The notes below the pieces were generated by a model. It did not search any database and was not told the DNA's origin. It was given only the letters and a program-made list of their open reading frames with translations. A program made the translations under genes and the position numbers. Below are positions 63,269 through 64,000 of a DNA stretch of 64,000 nucleotides, one piece after another. Location: NCBI GenBank assembly GCA_963828165.1, contig CAWHDR010000001.1, positions 576,001-640,000 on the forward strand, in the 5' to 3' direction. This stretch comes from an uncultured Chloroflexia bacterium (GTDB lineage Bacteria > Chloroflexota > Limnocylindria > Limnocylindrales > CSP1-4). Each line of letters begins with the position of its first letter. Within the stretch, counting starts at the first letter, position 1.

Positions 63269-63295
63269 GCCCGCCCCGTCAGGCGGCGTTGCTCG

Positions 63296-64000
63296 TCAGC
63301 GGACGACGACGAGATCCTCGCCCGGGGCGCTCTCGACGGTGCCGACGCCGTCGTCGCTCCACGCGACGATCTGGATCCGGCTCCCCTCGCCGTCCTGGCC
63401 CGGCGGAGTCGCCCAGGCAAGCCGCCCTTCGCCGATCGAGAAGCCGGGAAGTGCCGGCACGCCGGTCGGGGCGTCGCCAGGACGCTCCAGCTCGCCGCTC
63501 GCGCTGACGCGATGGAGTGTGAGCCGGCCGACCTCGGGATCCGCGGCATCGGCCACCCAGACCGCGACCCACTCCCCGGTCTCGTCCCAGCGGACATCGA
63601 ACCCGGCGGAGGCCGAATCGGTCACGACCAGCGCGTCACGCGTAACGCCGGACCCGTCGTCCGTGCGTGTCGCGCCCGTGGCGGTCCAGCGATGCAATCC
63701 GAGGTTGCCCGTGTCGGGCGTCAAGGTCATGCCATCGGCTGACCGCGTGACGGATCCGGTCCAGCCGATCGCGCGCCTGCGCGTCGGGTCGACGACGGGC
63801 CGCCAGACGTCGCCGGCCGGCGATTCTGCGGCGGTCACGGGGTCGATGCGTACGGTGATGGGCGTGACCGGTCCCGCGGTCCCAGTGGTCGGAGCCGGAC
63901 GGCTCGCGACGATCTGATCGCCGTCCCACGATCCGAAGACCGTCGACCCGTCCACCGTGAGGCTGCGGGCGGATTCGTCGCCGACGCGCCAGACGTAGAC
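63296..64000 (-). CDS. Hypothetical beta-propeller-like protein, N-terminus outside the window
   Basis: WRPVVDPT, VRWDETGEWVAVW; frame open toward the window end. Confidence 0.55.
   Translation of the reverse strand, partial: VYVWRVGDESARSLTVDGSTVFGSWDGDQIVASRPAPTTGTAGPVTPITVRIDPVTAAESPAGDVWRPVVDPTRRRAIGWTGSVTRSADGMTLTPDTGNLGLHRWTATGATRTDDGSGVTRDALVVTDSASAGFDVRWDETGEWVAVWVADAADPEVGRLTLHRVSASGELERPGDAPTGVPALPGFSIGEGRLAWATPPGQDGEGSRIQIVAWSDDGVGTVESAPGEDLVVVR

Overview
High-GC bacterial chromosomal segment. Gene content and style suggest Chloroflexota, possibly Limnocylindria (inference only). Many single-base frameshifts look like long-read consensus errors. Most of the window is housekeeping or metabolic: a large GH13 alpha-amylase, DUF885, proline racemase, lysA, sodN/sodX, LLM oxidoreductases, MarR-MFS, xth, a PotABCD-type transporter, Rieske oxygenase + GcvT-like pair, a beta-CASP RNase, a ctaA-ctaB fusion, and two pyr clusters (pyrKDE, pyrRBC). 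The standout is a lower-GC array of about 6 kb (~9.1-15.2 kb) between lysA and an S4/Hsp15 gene. It holds 11 short, unrelated, co-oriented genes. Each is followed by one copy of a conserved 26-27 bp imperfect-palindromic site (consensus GTG[A/T]CATT-SNCGNACRCT-NWGYGACG; 11 full copies plus half-sites). Several cargo genes resemble polymorphic-toxin immunity proteins, several carry their own leaderless promoter, and some use a stop codon inside the site. The site does not match integron attC or canonical dif consensus, and no recombinase is encoded in the window. It is a candidate undescribed integron-like gene-cassette system. Family assignments come from motif recognition, not from database searches.
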